Origin: a virus
Reading direction: 5' to 3' (one strand)
Virus record (IMG/VR): IMGVR_UViG_3300030490_000001
Length of the DNA: 64,000 nucleotides
Shown: in pieces, positions 54,187 through 61,483 of the stretch
Numbering within the stretch: the first letter of the stretch is position 1
Layout of the letters: each line of letters opens with the position of its first letter
Program-made: the position numbers and the translations under genes
The notes under the pieces: model-generated
What the model was told of the DNA's origin: nothing
What the model saw: the letters and a program-made list of their open reading frames with translations, nothing else
The model's database searches: none

Positions 54187-55321
54187 TCAGGTTGATGCGC
54201 AGCCACTCGGCGAACGCTGGGTCATCACCGGGCTCCGGCTTGATCTCCGGCAGCCAGAATCCACGGCAGCTCGGATGCTGCACACCGGAGGCCGGCCACC
54301 ACATCTGGTCAGGGTCGCGCTCGACCAGCACGCCGTCGACGCGCTGACGCGGCGCTGCTGATCGGCCGATGTTGGTCTTGCCGGGCCACACCTGTTTCCA
54401 CCCATCCTTATCCGGCGCACCCGGCTCGACGACCTCGAACACCATGCCATCGATCTTGCGGCAGAACGCGCACGCGCCGGTGTAGTGCTCCCCGCGCTTA
54501 ACGTGGTCGCCGGGGCTCATCATGGCGATGTAGCCCTGGTTGGAATTCTCAACCGACTCGGTCACCGCGATGCGACGCCAATCGCGGTTGAGGGTACCAA
54601 ATTGCTCCAGTAGATCCTGTTGCAACTTTCCGGGGTCGAGCACGCCGAGTGCCCGCTCCTCGGTTCGCTTCATGACCAGCATGCGCATGCGGTGACGGAC
54701 ATCATCAGCGACGCGTTGCACATTCTCCACCGTGTGCGCGGTCGCGTATTCAAGCACCGCATGCTGCGTCGGAAGCATCGGGAACGTCGACGCTGCGCCG
54801 GCCACGGTGGTAGGCAGCCTTTCCATCAGGGTATCGGCCTGCTGCAGCGACAGATCCTGCATGTTCGCCTGGACGCGACCCATCAGCGTGGAGCGCACGC
54901 CAAGCCACTCGGCCTCGGTGCGCATATCACCCACCGGGAGGTAGCGCTGCACCAGGTAGTCGACCAGCATCATGCCGTCTTCAAGCGTGAATGCATCGGC
55001 CGGCACGTTCGCCAGATACATTTTCACCAGGCTGATTTCCGCCGATGTCCAGCGCTGCATCATGCCGGCGGGGATCGGGCCGCGCGATCCGCCTGCGTAC
55101 TTCTCATTGTTGAGCCACTGGGCCAACTCGCTGCGGAATCCTTCCAGGCGCATCAGGCCGCGCTGCGTGAATAGCTCGACCATACGTCGCAGGAACGGGG
55201 AGTTCATCTGCGCCCATATGGCGTCGTCGTCGGGATTATCGGTGAGCGCCTTGAATAGGCTTTCCAGCGCGCATTCGCACTGGTCATCACTGAGCTTGCT
55301 GATATCGAGTAGATGAGACAT
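54167..55321 (-). CDS. MuF / SPP1 gp7-like head morphogenesis protein
   Basis: 384 aa. IAVTESVENSNQGY and the CAFCRKIDG segment are typical of Phage_Mu_F. It lies directly downstream of the portal gene. Confidence 0.7.
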   Translation of the reverse strand: MSHLLDISKLSDDQCECALESLFKALTDNPDDDAIWAQMNSPFLRRMVELFTQRGLMRLEGFRSELAQWLNNEKYAGGSRGPIPAGMMQRWTSAEISLVKMYLANVPADAFTLEDGMMLVDYLVQRYLPVGDMRTEAEWLGVRSTLMGRVQANMQDLSLQQADTLMERLPTTVAGAASTFPMLPTQHAVLEYATAHTVENVQRVADDVRHRMRMLVMKRTEERALGVLDPGKLQQDLLEQFGTLNRDWRRIAVTESVENSNQGYIAMMSPGDHVKRGEHYTGACAFCRKIDGMVFEVVEPGAPDKDGWKQVWPGKTNIGRSAAPRQRVDGVLVERDPDQMWWPASGVQHPSCRGFWLPEIKPEPGDDPAFAEWLRINLSAKHAD

Positions 55322-55334
55322 GCAGGGAGGTTAC

Positions 55335-55344
55335 CGTCACGATA
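55335..55344 (-). promoter_or_regulatory. TCGTGAC-core motif site 17 (variant TATCGTGACG)
   Basis: Reads attttttATCGTGACGgtaacctccctgcATG, directly after the portal terminator T-run. There are 13 nt to ATG 55321, and no SD. Confidence 0.5.
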
Positions 55345-55381
55345 AAAAATCGCCCGCGCTTGCATCCGTACAGCGCGGGCG
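55344..55381 (-). terminator. rho-independent terminator after the portal gene
   Basis: CGCCCGCGCT (11-nt loop) AGCGCGGGCG forms a 10-bp stem. On the minus strand it is followed by ATTTTTT, which runs straight into motif site 17. Confidence 0.75.
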
Positions 55382-55428
55382 GGTACTGCTGGCGAATAGC
55401 TTTCCTTGCCTTCCTCGCCCTGGGTTCT

Positions 55429-57228
55429 TTACGGATCGATCGTGAATATCGGTAGACCAAAGGACTTGGTCATATCGTCCGCACCTTCCTGCTCATTTGC
55501 ATCGTCTACGTTGTCGGTGTCTGTATCGCTTGTTTCGCCTGACTTCGGCGCCTTCGCTGGCTTGACTTGCTTTGCGGGCGCGGCCTTCGGCTTGGGATTT
55601 TTCTTTCCGGTGGCTTTGCCGCCCGTGGCATCGCCGCCGGCCGCGCCGGGCTGGTCGCCACCCTCGTCGCCAGGCTGTGGCGCCATCCCCTGCTCCATCT
55701 GCCAGACGCCAAGCAGCGCCGGATTCACGGGAGCGTCGCCCATCTTGCTGCCCTTAACCGGCCACGGGTCGTAGCTTTCCTGCGCGCGGATTTCATCCAC
55801 GGTCAGTACCAGCTTGCGCATTTCCTGGCGTGCCTTGTCGTCCTCGGGGTCGAGGCCGGTAAAGCGGAACACGTAATCCGGGGAGAATTCCTGCACAATG
55901 TAGTCGGAGAAAAGATTCTCGTAATACGTAAGCAGCGGGCGAAGGCCCTTGTCCTTGGAGTTGGTGATTTTCTCATCGGTGTCGGAGCCGGATAGGCTAG
56001 ACGTGCCGGCGCTGAACGACTCAAAGTTAATCTCATCCGGCGCGATGCTGTAGAGCGCGCAGATGATGGACGTGAGAAACGTCATCCACTTCGCGAACAT
56101 CACATCGTCGACGTCAACGCCGAATTTCTCGAACTTGGCGGAGCTCTCCTGATCCTTGGACACCATCACGGGAAGCGCCCATGAGTTGTTGATGCCCTTC
56201 ACCATCGCGTTCCAGTACCGCTTGAACGCATTCATGTCCCTTTCGTCATAGTTGCCCGACAAGTGGAGCATGCCCTTGGGGATGGCGTTCGAGTCAAAGA
56301 ACTTGGTGTTATAGCTGAACGCATTGAGGAAACCCGTTACCACGCGCACGAGCAGCTCGGTCTCACTCACGCCATAGCCGCCGACCACGATGCTTGTGCA
56401 CGGGTTGCGCGGCACATAGATGAGGTCGTTGTAGGTATATGCCGAGCGGATACGGCCCTGCACGACCTGGAGCGCGAAAATCTCGTCGTCGCCCTCATAG
56501 CCGTCTTCCGTACATAGGCGGATGGTGGCGCCGTCGACCGCATACATGCCATCCAGGCCTAGATTCCGATTTCGCTTGAACTCGGTCTCGATGGGCATCG
56601 AGTCCATCGTCAGGGTGTCGCGGGTCAGCTTCGCCATGAAGCTGGAGAAATCGTCGCGTTTCAGACGCTGACGCTGACGCGGGCGATTCTCACGGCCGCA
56701 ATTCAGGAAAAAGTCCTGCAGGGCCTGGATCGAGCCTTTCTGGTCGGCGCCAACTTCCTGGTTGACGTCCTTGGTCTGGACTTGGAAGCCAGGTCCTCGC
56801 ACGCTCGATGGTGGCCGGCAGAACCGCTGCACCTGGCGCTGGCGCGTCATGATGATCGCGCTAAGGATCGGGGTCTGATCAACCATCGAACGAGCGGCGT
56901 CGAAACCAAAAGCCGAGGGCTTCTCGTAGTAGTCGCCCATGGTCGATACCTGCATGTCGTCGATCCAGACCGACTGCATACCCGCCTCGTGATTCTTAAC
57001 CGCCTTGGACGGGAACGGAATCACGTTCGGCTTGGAGAGCGCCTTCGCTAGCTGCTGCTCCTCATACTGATTAGAGATCCAGTTGATCGCCTCGCGCACG
57101 TCCGCGCCGGGCAGCAGATCGCCAAGGCCGCGCGGCATGGTGGATTTCTGCAATTCGACATTAGCCTGCGCCCGCTCATCGGCGGGGGCTGCGTCGTTGT
57201 GGGCAGTAACGAGGGCGGATTCCTTCAT
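55429..57228 (-). CDS. portal protein
   Basis: 599 aa, the first gene of the late operon and followed by MuF. It has an acidic/Gly-rich C-terminal tail. Size and context are typical of portals. Confidence 0.8.
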   Translation of the reverse strand: MKESALVTAHNDAAPADERAQANVELQKSTMPRGLGDLLPGADVREAINWISNQYEEQQLAKALSKPNVIPFPSKAVKNHEAGMQSVWIDDMQVSTMGDYYEKPSAFGFDAARSMVDQTPILSAIIMTRQRQVQRFCRPPSSVRGPGFQVQTKDVNQEVGADQKGSIQALQDFFLNCGRENRPRQRQRLKRDDFSSFMAKLTRDTLTMDSMPIETEFKRNRNLGLDGMYAVDGATIRLCTEDGYEGDDEIFALQVVQGRIRSAYTYNDLIYVPRNPCTSIVVGGYGVSETELLVRVVTGFLNAFSYNTKFFDSNAIPKGMLHLSGNYDERDMNAFKRYWNAMVKGINNSWALPVMVSKDQESSAKFEKFGVDVDDVMFAKWMTFLTSIICALYSIAPDEINFESFSAGTSSLSGSDTDEKITNSKDKGLRPLLTYYENLFSDYIVQEFSPDYVFRFTGLDPEDDKARQEMRKLVLTVDEIRAQESYDPWPVKGSKMGDAPVNPALLGVWQMEQGMAPQPGDEGGDQPGAAGGDATGGKATGKKNPKPKAAPAKQVKPAKAPKSGETSDTDTDNVDDANEQEGADDMTKSFGLPIFTIDP

Positions 57229-57241
57229 ATGTAAATGGTGC

Positions 57242-57251
57242 TGTCACGACT
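57242..57251 (-). promoter_or_regulatory. TCGTGAC-core motif site 18 (portal side of the divergent pair)
   Basis: Reads catAGTCGTGACAgcaccatttacatATG. There are 13 nt to portal ATG 57228, and no SD. Confidence 0.65.
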
Positions 57252-57279
57252 ATGACGAAGGTCAATGTGTCGCGCCATT

Positions 57280-57289
57280 TGTCGTGACA
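57280..57289 (+). promoter_or_regulatory. TCGTGAC-core motif site 19 (plus side of the divergent pair)
   Basis: Reads catTTGTCGTGACAgcacg. There are 32 nt to ATG 57322. GTCGTGACAGCAC is a perfect 13-bp inverted repeat of site 18. Confidence 0.65.
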
Positions 57290-57321
57290 GCACGATGCAC
57301 CCCACACCAAAGGGGTGACGC

Positions 57322-57576
57322 ATGACCACCAGCAAAGCACGACTAGAGGAGCGCCTTGAGGGCGCAGACCTACTCAGCACCAGGCTGAGAATTATTCAGG
57401 CCGATATCGAGCTAGCCATTAGCTACGCAGGTCGTTCCGGACACACATCCCTGATCGGTGAAGCAACCCGCCTACGCAAGGGTGCCCGCGAGTTGAATTT
57501 AAACACGAAAGATGTTGGCAACCGTCTGCGCCTTCGCATCCAGCAAATGGAGGCGTCCGAAAATGGGAGCCGTTGA
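57322..57576 (+). CDS. hypothetical coiled-coil protein
   Basis: 84 aa with AAAGGGG upstream of the ATG. Motif site 19 lies 32 nt upstream. Confidence 0.45.
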   Translation: MTTSKARLEERLEGADLLSTRLRIIQADIELAISYAGRSGHTSLIGEATRLRKGARELNLNTKDVGNRLRLRIQQMEASENGSR

Positions 57577-57943
57577 ACAGGATCTGGCGCGTCATCTGCG
57601 TCAAGTTGACCAAGATGACGACGATGCCGCCGCCGAGGAGCGGGCCGCCGTGGAACTGCGCGAGGAGATCGAGCAGGACGTCGAGGACCTGGAGACCGCC
57701 CTGTCCGAGTCGGTAGAGCACGGCGATTTCCCGTTCGCTCCCTTGGCGCGGATGCTGATCATCCAGGCCCATACCGACGACCCTCGCGAATTCATCCGGC
57801 GGGTACGCGCAGCGATCGAGCCGCGCATCAAGGCAATGGTCGATGAGCGAGTCCCGGGGCGCATCAAGCAGTGGCAAGACGATGCTGATCAGGCTCGTGC
57901 CGATGCTCGCGACCCGGACTGGGAGCTGAACTCATGGTTCTGA
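57563..57943 (+). CDS. hypothetical acidic protein
   Basis: ORF trimmed to ATG 57563 (MGAVEQD..). Confidence 0.45.
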   Translation: MGAVEQDLARHLRQVDQDDDDAAAEERAAVELREEIEQDVEDLETALSESVEHGDFPFAPLARMLIIQAHTDDPREFIRRVRAAIEPRIKAMVDERVPGRIKQWQDDADQARADARDPDWELNSWF

Positions 57944-58128
57944 TCCTGGCACTCGCTCTGATGACTACTCCAGCGCTGTCACAAGCGCCAGCGCATCGAA
58001 CGCCGGAGATCTGCCCCGGCGCCACCTACTTCTACGAGCGACACCACCCTAAGCCCTACTGGGCAAAGCGAATGGTCGTCGTCTGCACGGTCGGTGATCA
58101 CATATTTTTGAAAGAGAGAAAACAATGA
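57934..58128 (+). CDS. small secreted/lipoprotein-like protein
   Basis: 64 aa with a signal-like N-terminus (MVLILALALMTTPALSQA). Confidence 0.35.
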   Translation: MVLILALALMTTPALSQAPAHRTPEICPGATYFYERHHPKPYWAKRMVVVCTVGDHIFLKERKQ

Positions 58129-58337
58129 CCAGCGCCACGCAGCAGCAACACGAAAAGCTTTGGACGCCGGAGGACTGCGCGGAGTATCTAACCATAGCTC
58201 GGTGGACGTTCGTAAACCGCATCAGCAAAATGCCGACGTTCCCAAAGCCGCGTGTTGAGATTGGCCGGCGCATGCGTCGCTGGCATCCCGATGACGTGCG
58301 AGACTGGTCGTATCGATCCGGACGAAAGACGGCCTAA
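58125..58337 (+). CDS. xis: excisionase / AlpA-like HTH protein
   Basis: 70 aa. W.PEDCAEYL.I.RWTF.NRI...P.FPKP......RRW is AlpA/Xis-like. It is convergent with integrase 2 and overlaps it by 4 nt. Confidence 0.6.
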   Translation: MTSATQQQHEKLWTPEDCAEYLTIARWTFVNRISKMPTFPKPRVEIGRRMRRWHPDDVRDWSYRSGRKTA

Positions 58338-59305
58338 TCGAGCTTGCCGGCCATGTCGGTGGCCGACTCGCGGTAGTAAATCAGCAACGATTTCAGGTCA
58401 CGATGACCAATCACGCGCGCAAGCTGCAACACATCAAGCTTTTTCGAGAGGCGCCACACGCCCTCGGCGCGCGTATCGTGAAAGTGCAAGTCATCTAGCG
58501 CTGCCTGGTCGCGCCACTTACGCCAGTTTGCATCGCGCTGGCCGTCATCCATCATAAAGCACGGCTGCCCGGCATCGCGCGGAAGTGCTTCCAGAATCTG
58601 AACGGCAAACGACGACAGCGGAACATCCCGCTTGTCGCCGTTCTTTGTTTTTGGAAAATGCACATATCTCGCATCAAGGTGAACGTGAGGCCACGTAAGC
58701 CCAACAATCTCACCAGACCGCGCCGCCGTCTCGATCGCGAACAGGAACATTAAGCCGATACGGTTCGTGATTGTCACCGCCGCTAGGCTTTCCCCTATAC
58801 CGAACGCATGACGCACCCTTGCTATTTCGTCGGCAGTGATACGCCGCCCACGGCTCTCAGGTGATGCCGGACCCTTGAACCCCGTGAAGGGGTTGTGTGT
58901 CATCCAGTTCCATTCCTCGCGGCAGCGGCGGAACATCCCACGAATCAGGTTGAGCTCGCGCCGGATGGAGGCGTCTTCAACCGACTTTGCCCGGCGGTCG
59001 CGGTAGTCGATCAAGTCATCCTTGTTCACGTCAGCGAGGCGCTTTTTGGCTATGGGATCATCCATCAGTCGCTTGCACCGGGAAATGTCAGACCGGCTCT
59101 TATCTTCGTTCACGTAGAGCTTGTGCAACCGACTTAGAGCGTCGCCTACCAGCATTGTCACGGCCGGGGCCTTGCGCCCTTCGGCCTCAGTCATCATCGC
59201 CCACTGTGACGCTTCTGACTTGGTGTCGAACACCCGTCCTTGACGCTCGCCGCCGATCAGCACCTGCGCGCGCCAGCGTTTGCCGATCTTGAAGATGCTC
59301 GCCAT
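58334..59305 (-). CDS. int: tyrosine integrase 2
   Basis: ORF trimmed to ATG 59305 (MASIFKIGKRWRAQV..). It has catalytic-region hallmarks: ARSGEI, HFHDTRAEG and GHRDLKSLLIYY. Confidence 0.85.
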   Translation of the reverse strand: MASIFKIGKRWRAQVLIGGERQGRVFDTKSEASQWAMMTEAEGRKAPAVTMLVGDALSRLHKLYVNEDKSRSDISRCKRLMDDPIAKKRLADVNKDDLIDYRDRRAKSVEDASIRRELNLIRGMFRRCREEWNWMTHNPFTGFKGPASPESRGRRITADEIARVRHAFGIGESLAAVTITNRIGLMFLFAIETAARSGEIVGLTWPHVHLDARYVHFPKTKNGDKRDVPLSSFAVQILEALPRDAGQPCFMMDDGQRDANWRKWRDQAALDDLHFHDTRAEGVWRLSKKLDVLQLARVIGHRDLKSLLIYYRESATDMAGKLD

Positions 59306-59330
59306 GTGCAATCCCTTGTGCAGTTCGTGT

Positions 59331-59375
59331 GCAACATGGTGCAACTTTGAGCAACTCACTGCAACTGAAAGCAAC
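59331..59375. repeat. five GCAAC(T/A) direct repeats phased exactly 10 bp apart (candidate integrase arm-type sites)
   Basis: The sequence reads gcaacatggt gcaactttga gcaactcact gcaactgaaa gcaacttagg, with starts at 59331, 59341, 59351, 59361 and 59371. Two more copies (GCAAC 59435, GCAAT 59445) lie on the other side of the inverted repeat. Confidence 0.6.
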
Positions 59376-59402
59376 TTAGGCCACCCTTTCGGAGTGGCCT
59401 AA
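59376..59402. other. 9-9-9 inverted repeat (candidate attP core, or a hairpin)
   Basis: TTAGGCCAC cctttcgga GTGGCCTAA lies between the two groups of GCAAC repeats, 70 nt upstream of the integrase 2 start. Confidence 0.45.
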
Positions 59403-59668
59403 GTGCTTGTTTCTTCGTTGATTTGCGGTGTTTTGCAACCTACCGCAATTTACAAATGGTGCCCAAGAGGGGCAACGCAACGATCCGCTATAAGCCATTC
59501 TAAGTATGTTTTGTGCAATTCATGTGCAGTGTTTCAAAGTTACCGAGAAGGCTCCATAGTTCGGGTCCCCGCCAGGGACCCTGCAGTCAGACGCTCTATA
59601 GCGACTTCGCATTGCGCAGCAACACCACATATAGATGTATGTCAGCGCAGGAAGCCTGCCGATCATCG

Positions 59669-60901
59669 TCAGGCTTCCTGCGCAAGCACATGGGCATGGT
59701 GATGACGCCCTACTTTCCCATACACAGATCTCCCTAAGCGGATACCCGGCCTCTCGATGAAAAGATAGGTAGCGCAGGAAAACAGGGCTACGCAAAGAGC
59801 CGTCATGGCCGCGATAGACCAAAATTCCGCTGGCGATCGGTTAGCCGCTACTCCAAGCACTCCCGGAAGAAAGATCGTTGATAGCACCAGGCCATGCATC
59901 AAGTAGATGCTGTAGCTGGCATGCCCAAGGCGAACGGCACCAGTCACATGAAGTAGGCGGAACAGGGAAGATCCCGACGCGACAAGCGCGAAGAACCCAC
60001 CAAGAAAGATGACGCCGTACACCGAAAATGAATCATGCCCAAGGTAGAACGCTTCCAGCAGAGACAGCAGAGCTACGACCGATCGAACTTCACCATCCCC
60101 ATGGATCTTCGGCATCATCCGCAAAAATGATGCCGTCAGCATGCCAACCAAGAAAAATCCGACATAGAAACAATATCGTGACTGAGTTTGGTGGCCAATG
60201 ATCAGCGCTAGGGCTAGGCCGACGCATATCGCAGCCCACGCATGCCGACAAGGAGCCAGCAGGGCCAGAGCCGGCAGTGACACATAAAAGGTCCACTCGT
60301 AGAACAGCGTCCACGTCTGGCCGACGACCGACATGCTGTGCGTGTCATCAAGAAATGGCGGCGGTAGCTGATAGGCGCCTAATGCTAGCCACCTCCATGC
60401 CTGCCCTATCGCCATCCTTAATGATACGGCGATATGGAAGTCAGCTCTGACGAGTACGAAAACGAAATATGCAGCGATCAGCGACCAGTACAGGGGAACG
60501 ATGCGAAAGAATCGATTGACGTAAAGCTCAGCCCATTTTGGCCTTCCGCCTTTTTCGAGCAACTTACCCCAGAAAAGAAAGCCGGTGATCATGAAAAACA
60601 CCGCTACGCCGAAGCTTCCTACGTAGGAAAAGAACGGTGATGGAGGTAGTGCGACGATGCCGGTCGTTGCAGCGATGCGCCTTATGGATGTGTGCTGGGT
60701 CAAAACTGCCAGCGCCAAAAAAAACCTAAGACCGTCAAGGTTGCTGATACGGCTACCAGAAGCATGCGGCTCCTGGTCAAGCGCTGAAAACAGTGGGAGC
60801 GAGAAAATCCCAACAAGCAGCGCAGCGATGAGAAATGCCGGCCATACCGAGTAATAGTCCATGAGATTTTCCGTACTCTCCAAAGGAGAGGATGATGCCA
60901 C
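59669..60901 (-). CDS. acyltransferase family 3 membrane protein (OafA/Oac-like lysogenic conversion candidate)
   Basis: 410 aa and polytopic. It has the N-terminal signature R..NLDGLRFFLALAVLTQH. GC looks lower than in the surrounding phage genes. The start may instead be ATG 60862. Confidence 0.85.
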   Translation of the reverse strand: MASSSPLESTENLMDYYSVWPAFLIAALLVGIFSLPLFSALDQEPHASGSRISNLDGLRFFLALAVLTQHTSIRRIAATTGIVALPPSPFFSYVGSFGVAVFFMITGFLFWGKLLEKGGRPKWAELYVNRFFRIVPLYWSLIAAYFVFVLVRADFHIAVSLRMAIGQAWRWLALGAYQLPPPFLDDTHSMSVVGQTWTLFYEWTFYVSLPALALLAPCRHAWAAICVGLALALIIGHQTQSRYCFYVGFFLVGMLTASFLRMMPKIHGDGEVRSVVALLSLLEAFYLGHDSFSVYGVIFLGGFFALVASGSSLFRLLHVTGAVRLGHASYSIYLMHGLVLSTIFLPGVLGVAANRSPAEFWSIAAMTALCVALFSCATYLFIERPGIRLGRSVYGKVGRHHHAHVLAQEA

Positions 60902-60990
60902 ATGGCTGAAAAAATCGCCCCAGCCGAAGATGGTGACATGCGCCTAATCCGTTCGCGCCCGCTGAGACGCTACACCGATACGATCGCCCA

Positions 60991-61209
60991 ATGTCCAGGA
61001 CGATCCACAAAGAGACCTTCGGCCCACCCGGCGCGTGCGACGCCTGCGGGAGGCCATGCTGCGTCATGCAGCAGGTAGGCATCCAGTGCTACCACTGTCA
61101 TGCCGGCGTGTTCATGCATCGGAAATTCTGGCGCTTCACCTATATAGATGGAGACATGATTGCCACGCCCAAGGACGAAGTGACCGATGCTGACCTGATG
61201 AATAATTAG
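60991..61209 (+). CDS. small Cys/His-rich protein
   Basis: 72 aa with CDACGRPCC and CYHCH. Confidence 0.35.
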   Translation: MSRTIHKETFGPPGACDACGRPCCVMQQVGIQCYHCHAGVFMHRKFWRFTYIDGDMIATPKDEVTDADLMNN

Positions 61210-61257
61210 TGTGTATTAGTGTGTACACATTTCGATTTTGTGTGTACAATGCACACC
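61206..61257 (+). promoter_or_regulatory. probable hicAB promoter/operator
   Basis: TTAGTGTGTA occurs twice in tandem (61206-61225), overlapping the palindrome TGTGTACACA. A TACAAT -10-like hexamer is at 61245-61250, with TGTACA 17 nt upstream. Confidence 0.5.
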
Positions 61258-61434
61258 ATGAACAGCGCAGACCTCATCAAACTACTCAAGGCCAACGGCT
61301 TCGCTGTCGTCAGCATCCGGGGCAGCCACCACAAGATGCGCAACGCTGCGAACGTAACGGTGATCGTCCCGCATCCCAAGCATGATCTGCAGAAGGGAAC
61401 GGTTTCCTCGATCATGAAGCAAGCCGGACTCTAA
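61258..61434 (+). CDS. hicA: HicA mRNA-interferase toxin
   Basis: ORF trimmed to ATG 61258. MNSADLIKLLKANGF..VSIRGSHHKM.... is the canonical HicA pattern, and the protein is 58 aa. Confidence 0.85.
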   Translation: MNSADLIKLLKANGFAVVSIRGSHHKMRNAANVTVIVPHPKHDLQKGTVSSIMKQAGL

Positions 61435-61483
61435 GGTGCTGGCGCTACACAGAAAGAAACACTGCTTTTAGAAAGAACGGAGA

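Noticed and set aside
59457-59472. TGGTGCCCAAGAGGGG looks like the reverse complement of a tRNA 3' end (acceptor and start of the T-arm). It could be an att core derived from a tRNA gene.
   Set aside because: Only about 16 nt match the general tRNA-end pattern. No T-loop (GGTTCGAATCC-type) or remainder of a tRNA follows. I keep it only as something to BLAST against hosts.
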